64,000 nucleotides of DNA from Lama guanicoe (Eukaryota), in the NCBI GenBank assembly GCA_013239625.1, contig MU053334.1, positions 1 to 64,000 on the forward strand, in the 5' to 3' direction. Shown in pieces: positions 11,901-23,800 of the stretch (position 1 is the first letter of the stretch; every line of letters begins with the position of its first letter). The notes beneath the pieces are model-generated. The model did not search any database, was not told the DNA's origin, and saw nothing but the letters and a program-made list of their open reading frames with translations. Both the position numbers and the translations under genes were made by a program.

Positions 11901-14900
11901 GCTCATGGATTCAGGACAGATGGAAAGAGGCAGAGAGAAGGATGGAAACCGAGACTTGAGGAGGGAAGGAGACGAGACAGAAAGGCAAACAGAGACGCAG
12001 CGGTGGAGGGAGACTTCCTCTGAGACTCTCCCTGTGGAGTGAGCCCTGGGGTGGGAGCCCTCCTGGCCGAGCTCCTGGACGTGGGAGCAAGTGCCGGCTG
12101 CCTGGAGTCCTGCCGGGCCTCCGCACATCCCCCCGCCCCACTCCTGGACTCCCCAGGGGTCCGTTAGGTGACGCAGGGCGCCATGCTCACCTCGGAACTC
12201 AGGGATCAAGGAGGGGATTTTGGTTCTTTTGGTTTTAATGGGCACTTTGTGACTTTTCGGCGTCAGCAAATCGGAAGGGATGCGTGGTCACTGCGTGTGC
12301 ACAGTGACCTCTGATGCATCCTCGCTTCTCTCACGCCTGGTTTTAGGGGATGAAAAGCAGCCCCCGTCTCTCAGGACCCACCCCCGGGTCGAGATCGGCT
12401 GTCTCGGGAAAGCGGTCGGACGATCGGCGCCAAGCAGGCTGGGATCCCGGGATGGCCCTGCAGAGGATGGCGCCTGTGGGCAGGCACGCGCCACCAAGCG
12501 GGCAGACCCTCAGGGTGTGAGGACCCAACACAGAGCATCTCTGGGGACTAGGAGACGGAGATCTGGGCACCTCTGGGCAGAGCAGCCAGTGGAGGGAGCC
12601 CCTGGACTCTAGACCTTCCGGGAGCAGACCCCTCCGCACCCCTTCCTCACCCACCCCTGTCCCTCCCCTACTCCCAAACGCCCTCACCCCGCCCACCTGC
12701 ACCCCCTCCTCTCAACCTAGCCCTGCAGTCCTCAGGGTCCTGTCCTGTGGTTGATAAATAACCTAAGTTGCGAAGGCTCCCCAACCCCCCTCACTCTCCC
12801 CCAGATTCCACAGTGTCCAGGTGCCCAGCGGACATCATACCTGAACGTCCGCATGTGGTGGGGACCAGCAACCATAGCCGGCTTTCTGCTGGTGACCAGG
12901 TGCCCACCGTGCTCCGAATGAGCTCAGCAGAAATGAACCCTGAGGACCCGCCACCAGGCAGCGAAGCGGCGAGGAGTTCTGGACCCGCAAGTCGCCCAAC
13001 TCCCCCGCTCACCTCCCGAGCCTCAGCTCCTGGCCTCCACAGTCAGGTGAGGACACCCATGTGCTGACCTGCGTGCAGGAGAGCGCGAGCGCGGCTTCCA
13101 TCCTGTGCTTCTCAGGAGCTGTCCCTGCACCACGGCCTGTGGACAGGCTCGTGGGCGCTGGGCCTTTGGGGAGGACCAGCTCCTGGGCCCACACCTGCTG
13201 TGTTCTCCTGACCCTCTGCTGTCTGGCCCTCCTGCCTCCCGCCTCCCGCCTCCCGAGTCCATGACTCACCCACTGATGTCAGGGCCTCTTGCTGCTCTGG
13301 TGAATCACATTCAGACACCAGGTTCTTCTGAAATACACTGTGGCCGCGTCCCACGTGCTTGTCAGTGTTGTCATTTCTGAGTGTTTCTAGTTTCCAGTTA
13401 GGTTTCTTCTTTGGTCGCTGAACCATCTAGAGGAGAGTCTTTGTTTCCAAATGACTGCATTTCTTTCATCATCACAAGGGTTTACTGAGGGCGTCTCATG
13501 GGGAGTCACTGTGTTCTGGGTGCTGGCCATGCACCAGAGAGCACTGTGGTTCCATTTGTGGACTTTGGGTACACACTCATTTTCAACATGTTCTGAAGTT
13601 TTAATTCTGCAGTTTTCCCCTTGAATATCAGAAAACACACCCATGCATTTTCATAACCCTTTGTTAAGGTCACAGGCCCATGAAGCAGGGTGCCTCCTGG
13701 TTACAACAGCCCTGCTGCCCAGCACCACAAGGCCACCTCCTCCAGGAAGCCCTCTGGAGTGCCTTCAGACTACACATGGGGCTGGACGAGGATGCCACCT
13801 ACCCCTACCCCCTTCCCAGGGAAGGGTCCAAACCAACAGTGCCTTCCTTCACCCAGTCCATCTACTTCCTGGGTTGGGCTGGCCAGGCTTTGAGACACCT
13901 TGGGAGAACCAACTCGCTGGCCTTCCCTGCCAAAGCCTGACATGACAGCAGATGTGTGCATTGAGCCCCTCACTTCACCCCTTGAAGGACTGAGGGGTTC
14001 ACATAGGAGGAGCTACTCCCCTGGTCCCTGGGCAGCCTGGCCACAAGGCCCCACGGCTCTCCGGGCTTCAGAGGCCTCAAGCTGAGCTGGGAGCCCAGCA
14101 GGGGTTTGAGCTGCAGGTCTGAGCCGCAGGCCTCTGTGTCCACGTGCAGAACACTGAGGGGCCCAGCGGAGCGCAGGGGCCGCCCTGGGACCGGCACTGC
14201 CCCTCAGCCCGGGAGCACCCGAGGTCACAGAGTGGGGCCGACCGATCGCAGGCTCAGGCTCCCTGCTCTTCTCTTGACCTCTGCCCTCCCAATGCCCCCA
14301 GGCAGGCCCTGCACCCCCAGGACATTAGCCTCACCAAGCCTGCTGCTGAGGCCTGCAGGGAGAGGCCGTGGTGCACGTCTGGGCACATCCTGGACGCGGC
14401 CCCTGGAGGGGAAGGGGCTTGACTCCCTGGAGTTTTCAAGGACTTTTTCATAGTTGATTCTGACCTTAATGGACTGTTATCAGAAAGCATTCCCTCATGA
14501 TACTGATTCTCGAGTGTTCGTTGAGATTTGCTTTCTCCCCAGGATACGGTCGGTCTTCCTGCCGGCGGCACATGTGCCTGAAAAGCCTGCACGGCCTCTA
14601 ATGAGCGGGCAGAGCGTCCGTGTGTGAGCCCCACTCGGCCCATCAGCATTCGTGGGGACGTCTGTGAACCACGCACCTCTGTACCCCTCGCTGGTTCCAA
14701 CGTGCAGGACGGAGGTGCATCGCACCCCACTCAGGCTCTGCCGGTTTGCGTGTCGGTCCTTTGAGTCCTGTCGCTTCCCAGGGCCGGCATCCCTGACAGC
14801 CGGGTCCCCAGGGCTGCTGCCCCACGCCTGCCTCCGGCTTCCCTGGCCAGCACCCCTCCGGTGCCGCTGCCCGTCCGACACTGAGATGGCCTTGTCACAG

Positions 14901-17486
14901 CTGCTGCAGGCAGAGCTCACTCACTTGCACTTAAAACCACGACTTGGAGCCGGTAAGTCTGGTCCCTTCACAGTTACTGCAGCTACTGATGTGCTTGGGT
15001 TTCTCTTCGCTGTCTTCCTTTGCATCGTGTTCGCCTGGCTTTTCTTTTTACTGAGGCAGGAACACGTGAGAGCTCCCCTCCTACCGCCTTGTGAGCGCAG
15101 CCCAGTGCTGTTAGCCACGGGCATCTCTGGCACGGACCTTCCTGCACACCTGGACTGTTTGCACCTGGTGGACTACAAGCCCCGCCCCTGGGACCCACCG
15201 TTCTACCCTCTGCTGTTGAGCCTTTTTCAGTGATGCCCTGAAACTCCAGGAAGCTTGGCTGTCATGCTGCCCCCTCCCCTCTTAGCTCTGCCCCTCTGCA
15301 GCTCCTGGACCTTCTCCTTGGGGGCTTTTGTCCCCTCAGGCGGCCCTGCTGAACCGGGGATGCCTCCCCTCAGCCTTAAAGACCTGTGGTCAGTCCAGGG
15401 AGGCAGCTTCTCAGCAGAACCCAGGTGGGGCTGGAGCCTGGAGGTCCCAGGCCCGGGAGTCCTCTGGGCCCGCGTCTGGGGAAGCCCCCACCCGCTCCAG
15501 CCTTCATCCCCGTGTCTGAACTATGTGAGCATCAGATGCCAACCAGGGGCCCAAGAAGGAGCCCCTCCACCAGCCAACGAGGGTCCCAGGGAGAGGCTGC
15601 TCCGGCAACTGTGAGGACCCCCATGAGCCGTGAGGTGGGCGGGCTGCTCGTCTGCCGCTCAGCCCGAGGGCACCTGAGCGTCTGGGGTGTCTGCAGTCCC
15701 TCTGCGCAGCCTGGCCCAGCTCTGGTCTCCTGTCACTGTCCTGTCACTGCGGCTTGACCCCGCAGGCCCCTGCGATCTTCGTGGACGCTGCCTGCCGGAC
15801 CCTGGGGAGAGGCTCAGTCCCTGAGTCGGCTGGAGGAGGCGGTCTGCGGCCGAGGCCACTGTCACCTGGAACTGGCAGGGGCAGGGCCTGAGCACCCGAG
15901 TTGAGCTCAGGTCTTCCCTGCCCCAGACGCACCAGGATGATTTCCAGGCATGCATCTTAAACTCAAGGTCCTTCGGGGCTTCTGCTACATGTCCAAGAGC
16001 TATCCAGGGCCCAGAGACCAGACCAGACGCCACAGTGCCCACGTGCACTTCAGGAAGCAGTGGGAATCAGTAAGGTTCCCGGCGAGGAGCGCTCAACAGA
16101 AAACTGGAGCGGGACAGTGGGGGCCTTGAGTCTCAGGGGGCCAGGGAGGGGCAAGAACCTGACCTTGTCCCCAGCCTGCTGACTCCCGTACCACCGTCCG
16201 TGTCCATGCCGAGAGGGGGTGAGGACCCAGGCCGGTCCCCCAACTGGACGTGAGGTCACCCTGTTGGGATGAGCCTCTCCCCGCATCACGACACAGGGGA
16301 GCCCAGGGAAAATGTGGTGCCAGCCATCTCGGGACCGTGACCCTCCAATGTGGACATTCATGGGGACAGAAAGTCAGCAAGATCACCTGGGAAGAGCCTG
16401 GGAAAGTGCTGAGGGAGAGAGCTCACCCTACCAGCCCCCAAGACGCGCCTGCTGTGGCACTGCCGCAGGAAGGAAGGCAGACCTTTGTAAGGAGACAGAA
16501 TCCTGGAGGGCACGTAGGAAGGGGCGGATGCGGCCCCAGAGCAGCCAGGTCTCCGCGAGGGGGGCCCCTAATCAAAGGCAAGGGAAACGTGAACGGCGGG
16601 AGGTTGTTTGCTCTGCTGGCTGTCTTCACGGTGAGTAGTTTCTACAGCTCGGGTTTTTACAAGGCAAAAAAAAAGGGAAGTGGCGTGAAGAGACAGTTCA
16701 CAATGAAAAGGAAGCAGCGATGAAGCGATGAAGCGTCCTTACTTGCCCGGCTCCCAACAGACATGCAGAGTGTAACCGAGAGCAATGTCACCAAGCACCT
16801 CCCGCCTCGGCCCCAATCAGGGCCGTGGCCGCTCGTGAAGGTCAGGAAATCTCAGAGAGTCTGGCTGGGGGTCCGTGGCCGCCTTAGACACGCTCTGTAA
16901 GAGCTCGGTTGCACACAGGCGACCAACAGCATGCTTGCATTTGGGAACAAAGTGCGTTAACAACCCTCCGTGGGATCTTCCAAATTTGCCAAAGCAGAAA
17001 AACATGAGTGCCCATCCAAAAGAATTTGAATATAAGCCATGATGAGTCCTTAAAACCCAGGTGACACGGCCATTCAACAGGACACACGCTCGAGGTGGGA
17101 GAGGAAGGTTTCTCATCTACTGGTACGTGAGTAACGCCCAGTGAAACCGTGGGGAGGTCCCGTGCACACCTGTGGAACACAAAGCACCGGTGAGGGTGGG
17201 AGTCCTGAAGCCATGACGATGGGCTGAGGGCTGCTGGGAGAGGGACCGGCCTCCTGTGGACACTCGTGGTGACAGGCCCTCCCCCTGCTGTGCTAGACCT
17301 TCCAGCCAAAGGGCTCAGAGCTGACCAATCGCTGACTGGAGCCTCATAGTGCCTTAGAATGGCAGGGACCCCACAGTTCCACTCGCGGCCTGGCACCCAC
17401 TCTGCTTCGTGTCTCATGGTATCTGACCTGCTCTGACTCTCGCCTGCCCTTCTACAACCCACCCACTTAGACATCTTGGCTGTTGT

Positions 17487-17680
17487 AGGAGGAGGGAGAG
17501 GGAGCTGCAGGAAGAAGGGAAGGCTTACGTGGAAGATGGAGGAAGAAAAGAGATTGATATGGGAGGAAAGATGGATGCAGGGGATGGAGGAGGAGGAGAA
17601 GGGCAGGACCAGGAGGAGGACCTGGAGATGGAGGTGGCAGATGGAAGAGGCAGATGGAGGAGGCGGGTGGGGGGAGGACA
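17487..17680. repeat. Purine-rich (GGA/GGAGATG) low-complexity tract 1
   Basis: Almost pure G/A on the + strand. Confidence 0.8.
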
Positions 17681-18474
17681 GTCCAGGCCAGCCCAGACAT
17701 CCTGTATAGGGACAGGGTGTGGTCCCCGTATGGGTTGCACTCAAGTGGGCCCCTAGTACTGCCCATGGACCCAGGGAACCTCGGAGATCTGGGTGAGGCC
17801 AGTGTGGGAAATGGCTGTACTCATTAAGTCAAACCCCAAAGGCTTAGGCCTGATGTCAGTGTCCTGCCGGCACCACTACGCTCGGGGGTGAGGAGCGAAA
17901 GAAAGCCGGTCCAGGTCAGGGGACTGGCTGGTCCTACAGGGACGGGTGCAGGCCGGGCTTCCGTGTCCTTCCTCAGCATCCCCTGTGTGGTGACAGGACC
18001 CTCCAACTGGGCCCTTGACCTCAGGGTTATTAGTGGAGACCTTGTCCCGGATCCATCCTGGGTGGGAGTGGCAATGGCCCTCCACTTCTGCCCTCTGCCC
18101 GGTACCCACTCTGCTTCGTGTCTGTAGGCATTTCACGCCCTCGTGGTCTCTGACCCGCTATGACGTTCACCTGCCCTGGTTCCACCCATCGGACGCGACC
18201 CCTGCTCCCATCCTGGATGGTGCTGCTGGTCCAGGAGCGAGAAGTCCTAGAGGTGACCATGACCTGCCCCTCCTTCCTTATGAAACCCTGATGGACAGAC
18301 ACCATTCGGGGCTGACTTGGACCTCCCTGGGCTCTCGCCTCGACGAGGCTGATCCCTAACACTGTCCCTGAGCTAGGCTCTCGCAGCCGCCTCCTAGCTC
18401 TGTGGGTGAGGCCTGTGATGGAGGTGCCATGTCCCCTGTGAGGAGTCCCAAAACAGAGCATCAGTATATTATGC

Positions 18475-18940
18475 AGAAGAGGAGGAGGGAGCAGAGGATG
18501 CAGGAACGGGTGGAGGATGAGTGAGACGTGGAGGAGCAGGAGGAGGAGATAGATGGAGGCCGGGGGAGGGGACCTGGACGACACAGGAGGAGAGACGGAC
18601 GTGGGAGTGGGGAGGGAGGAGGCAAGGTGATGGGGAGGAGGAGAGACTGGAGGAGATGGATGGAGGGGAAAAAGGGGGAGGCAAGGTGGACGGAGCTACA
18701 GGGGATGAGCAGATGGAGGAGGAGGGGAGGCAGGGGAAGATCATGGCGGTTCCAATGCAGGGAAGGAGGACAGGGACTTGGGGGCCAGAGGGCTGGAGGA
18801 GGACGGTGGAGAGGCCGGAGGAGGGATGAAGGCTGGACAAGTGATAGACTAGTCGGTCAGAGGGGAGGATGGAGCTGAGGGAGAGATGGGGTGGAGAAGG
18901 GAGAGGAGGACCTAGGAGGGAGGGGAGGATGAGGGCAGGG
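18475..18940. repeat. Purine-rich (GGA/GGAGATG) low-complexity tract 2
   Basis: About 470 nt of G/A-dominated sequence on the + strand. Confidence 0.85.
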
Positions 18941-19594
18941 CCTAGGGAGCCCTCCAGAGCTGCTGCTCACCTCCAGGCCCTGTGCTGTGTGAGCTAGATT
19001 CCAGACGTGTCCCGTCCGACCTGCCCAACGTTCAGGGACACCTGGCCAGGTGAGGGCATTTTCCCTGTCGCCTCCCTTAGTGCAGCGCCGGCCCCCAGTT
19101 CTCTAGATGTGTCACCCGCCCCATCTCCCAGGCGTGGCCCTGAGCGACCGCGCCTTCTGTGTGTCCTCCGGGGACTCACGTGGCTGGTCCCTGAATGGGC
19201 ACAATGAGGCCTTTGCCCTCCGCCGCGGTCAGAGCTGTGGGCGGGAGATGGTCTCTCAGCATAGACACTGCCTGAGTTCAAACTTGCCATCCTTTCCCCA
19301 GGCCAGCCCCTCTTGCTCGGCCATTCCCTGAGCTGATTTCACAGCCACCGCCAGTTAAGAGTGAGGTCGAATGGAGCAGACACGAGCACCGTGGCCTGGG
19401 GACCCCCGTTCCGGAAACCTGAACCCCCGCGTTGGGTGTCCCTGGGGGCCCACAGGCCCAGGAAGAGCTCAGTGGGCAGGAGCCAAGGTGTGTCCATCCT
19501 GGGAGCGCCTGGGGTCGTTCTAATCCATGCAGTTTCTCAGCTGGCGCCTCCAGGGTCTCCTGGGGCTGAGCCGGTGGGGACTCTGGCTAAGAGA

Positions 19595-20530
19595 GCTGCT
19601 TTTCTTAGATCCACGCATCATCAAATGTAGCTGTTAAGGTTTACTTTTCAGCGGTTTTCAGAGTGTTGGTGGAGCTCTGCGACCGTCACCGCTGTTTCCA
19701 CAGTTCACTGCCCCGAGGAAGAGCCTCTGATCACCGGCAGAGAGGCCCCCAGCCGGCACCCCCGGCCCCTGGCGCCCACTGACCCACTTCCTGTCTCTGC
19801 ACATTTCACGTCAAGGGACTTGTCCGTGGTCCGTGCGTCCAGTTTCCTTCCGTCAGCCTGATGTCCCTGCATGTCCGGTCCCCACTCTATGGGTGACTGT
19901 GCCCCTGCAGGGACAGACCACGTCTTGTTCTTCCGTCCGTCCGTCCAGGGACCCTGGATTGTTGCCAGCTTTTCGCTGTGTGAGTGTTTCCCTGTGCACG
20001 TGTCTGCACAGGTGTCTGAGTGCCTGTCTTCACCTCTTTGGGGACACACCTAACACGGACTTGTTGGGTCATAAGGTGACTCCACCTTTACCTTTTGGAG
20101 AAACTACCAAACTGTCCACGGCAGCTGCACCACGTTACAATCCTGCCGGCAACACAGGAGGCCCCAGTGTCTCCCCATCCTCGTTCTGCTGGTGGTAGCC
20201 AACTCCAGTGGGCGAGACGCCCTGTCCCCCTATGGTTCTCCTGACGGCCACTGACGTCGAGCGTCTGTGCCTGTGTGCCTTGTTCTCTGCAGTCGAGTGG
20301 ACTTGGGAGAGATGTCTGTCCGAGCCCTTTGTTCGTTTTCTCCAAGGGCTGTCAGTCTTCTGATGGCTGAGTGCTGAGTTGTTACACACACTGTAACCTC
20401 ACCAGGTAGGGGGTCTGCGAACGTTTTTATGCACAGTGACGGTGGTCTTTTCACTTTCTTGATGGTGTCATTTGAGGCACAGAAGTTTTTAATTTTGATA
20501 AAGACCAGCTGATTCTCTTTTTCCTTTCGA
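19595..20530 (-). mobile_element. Ancient LINE-1 3'-end remnant (L1M-like)
   Basis: Peptide remnant FIKIKNFCASNDTIKKVKR on the minus strand, followed by recognisable but GC-shifted L1 3' sequence. Confidence 0.7.
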
Positions 20531-20891
20531 TGCCCGGGCCGGATGGGACCCCCGCTGACCCTGCTGCAGCCCCGGACCAACCGGCAACCGCCTCTCCTTG
20601 TCTCAGTGCTCCAGCTCAGCAGTCGGCCTGGGCTTCCAGCCCACTCCTCGCTCCTGGCTCCCCACAGCCTCCCCCACCCCCCGGGGCAGAGCTTCGAGGC
20701 GGCAGGGAGCGGTCTGTGAGCGGAGGGGAGCGTGAGCCTCGACCCACCTGCCCTGGATGTCGGCCACCCCAGCGCCATCTTCCTCTCCAACCAGACCTAC
20801 TGCCGAGTTGCCTCCACGGCGCCAACTCCACACCGTTGGCTCTCTGGCGCTCTTCAACGCGGTGGCGTCTTTGGAGTTTGTTGTCTTGCAG

Positions 20892-23800
20892 CATCGGACC
20901 TGGAGAAGCTGGAGACCATCCTGGTGTCAGAATGGGCAGAAGTAACAGCCAGATACGCCAGATGCAGGTGAGGCCCTTCCGGGGTCAGAGCCAGGGGAAG
21001 TGGGTACGTCCCCGGTGGGAAGCAGCAGTGCAGGTGGGGCTCTCAGGCAGCAGGAGCAGGTGAGGGGGGCCAGTTTGGAGCTGGGCGACCTTCAGAAGGT
21101 GCTGGGCTTCCTCAGCTGCAGGGAGGGAGGAGCCACCCTGCCCCTCCTCCTCCACACCTGGGGCTCCAGGCTTGCCCTCACCACGAGGCCCCCCAGTGGA
21201 CCCATGGGAAGATGCTGACCTCTGGCTCCACAGAGTCACCGACCATCCAAGTTTGTTGTGGTGAGTCATCTGGACAGCCCTGCAGCTCATCTTGGGGACG
21301 ATTTCCACTGGCAGAAACAAGTCTCTGGAGGCAGGACCCATCTCCCCAGCACAGGGCCTTGGGCCCTGGTGGCCACCGCGGGTCAGAGTCTGCACCAGGC
21401 TTGAGCTGAGGGAACTGGGGGACGTGGCAGGGGCAGAGCTGGGCGCTGGTGCAGGCCTGGGCCTCAGCCACATGGTCTCCACGCCTGCCTGGGGGAGGGG
21501 CCGGGGCATCTGGTCAGCAGTGGCTCTACAGCAGGTGGCCACAGGGTGATGGCACCTGGACACAGGTCTCCGAGGGCTCCAGGGGCCCAGGCGTGCACCC
21601 TTGGGGGACGGGCACGAGGGGCAGTGACAGGTGCGCCTCAGGCGCTGGAGGGACTGTCAAGGGTGCTGGACAGGTAGGACCCGGCCTCAGAAGCTCAGGG
21701 ACGGTGAGGGAGGCAGGTGGAGTTTGCAGCCGAAGATGACCTGCCCCAGGGTCTGGTGCGGGGAGGAGATTTGGGAGAGGAGGCCAGTCCCGGTGGGGGA
21801 CAGCGGGGACCAGATGACCCTTGTGTGTACCTAGTCGGAGCTGGCCTGCAGCGGGGCTGAACTGCTGTGGGAGGGCAGCCCGGAACAGGGCAAGGCCTCG
21901 GGGAACAACTCACCTGAGACACCTGGGCTCTCAGGCAGACGAGGGGAAGGGGAGGGGCAAAGTGGGGTGACCTGCATCAGCAGGAGGGGGCGCCTCTTGA
22001 GGGGGCTGCTGTGGGACCGCAGCCCCTCCTGAGCCAGCACCAGGCATCTCAGCTCCCGCAGAGGATCCCGCCTCCAGCCGGGCTGTGTCAGCCCTCTGCC
22101 CGGCCACCAACACCCTCCTAGGGTCAGCCATTCCCGTGGAGTCTCTGGGGATGAGATCTTGGGGTTGATGGGGGTGGGCCTGGGCCTTTGGGGCAGCTGG
22201 CCTGGTGCAGGTCCTCGCGGCTCTGCGTCTCCTGCCTTCCAGGGAGGAGCAGCTGCCCAGCCTCAGCATCCGAGGCCCCAGCACCCATGAGGCAAGGGTG
22301 AGCACCCATCCTCACTGCCCAGGCAGGAGTTGGGAGGCAGGAGGCGGTTGTGGGCGGCGCTGTCTCCGCCCCTGACTGCAGAGCTGTCAAGAGGCGTCCT
22401 TGAGCTGTGAGGGGCCTTTCCTGGCTCCTTGAGTTCACTCACAGCAGGGCCACGCTGGGAGAGCTGGCAGCCTGGCTAACACCACCAGCTCCCATTTTGC
22501 AGCAAAAGGCCCAGGCAGCAGCCAGGCCTCCGTCAGCACCAGGAAGTGCTCTCCAAAGCCCCAAGCCTCGGAGAGGAGAGGGCCCGGCGACGGCCGGCGC
22601 GGAGAACAGCAAGGCAGGCGCGGGCCGTGCGTCCCGAGGTGGCCACCCCTCGGCCCGCACCGTCCTCTCACCGGGAGACACCTGGCTGAGCGGCCCCTGC
22701 TCACCCCCGAAGCTGGGTGCCCCTGTCACAACCTTGGCCCAAGGAGTGCGGCTGTGTCACTGGAGCTCTGAGGCCAGGCCCTGGTGACTCAGCGCCACCT
22801 GCCCTCGGGGCCCGGAGCCACCACCCGAAACGTCCACCACCCTAGGGCCACCATGCTGCCGGCCTCACAGAGACAGGAGCCCAGGGTGTGAGGACGAGTG
22901 TGAGGGGCCCCGCCGCCCCCGGCACCTGCAAACCTGGCCAGAGAGTCTGGGAGGTCTCCTGTTATGGGCCAGGTGGGCGTTGTGTTCGACCTGTTATCCT
23001 AGAAGGCAGTCCATCGGGTATGTAGACAAGTGGATGGGGCTCTGTTCCAACGGGTGACTCCATTTTAAACTGCTGGCTGTTTTGCAGGATGGGGGACTCG
23101 TTTAATGGCTTCGGAGAATCACACCACCATAACTGGGGAAGGCCGTGGACACTAGGGAAGAGGCCAGTCGAGTGAGAGAGGAGACACTTAGGAAAGAAAA
23201 AACTGACAACCAGAACTGTATCTCACTTTAAACCTTTCACTCTGCAAAAGGCCCTGTTAAGAGAATGTAAAAGAGCTACAGACTGCAAGAAAATCTTGGC
23301 CAATCATGTACCTAATAACGCTCTTATGCAGAATAGAAACAAAAACTCTAAAACCCAATAATAAAACACATGAGCCCATTAAAAATGGCCACAAGATATG
23401 AACAGACAGTTCAACAAAGGACACACACACACACACATACACACATATAATGCAGATACACGGTGTCTGTATGTACACAGCAGACAAACACAGGAAAAAT
23501 GCTTATTCTGGAAACAACACGGTGCCACCTCACACCTGCTAGAAAGGCTGAGACCCGGAGCAGTGGCAGCACCAAATGTGGAGAGGATGTGGAGCAACAG
23601 GAACTCCCATCCATCACTGTTCGGGATGCAAATGGTGCAGCTGCTTTGGAAGACAGTTTGGTGGTTTCTTAGAAGACTAACCATCTGTTACCATGAGATA
23701 CATTAATCATGAGTTACCATGAGTATCTTCCCAGATAACTGAAAATGTGTAGCCACGTAAAACCAAGATGCAGTATTCACTGCTTCATGCATGATCACTA

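Noticed and set aside
11200..17200. Possible ERV internal/LTR sequence and a TGGCGCCC primer-binding site near 12176-12183 (-)
   Set aside because: The match is only 8 nt and I could not identify gag/pol/env peptides or paired LTRs. Parts look like decayed L1. RepeatMasker is needed.
16884..18878. Long ORFs rich in Glu/Gly or Ser/Pro (e.g. 286 aa at 16884-17744)
   Set aside because: By-products of polypurine low-complexity tracts, with no recognisable domain or splice structure.
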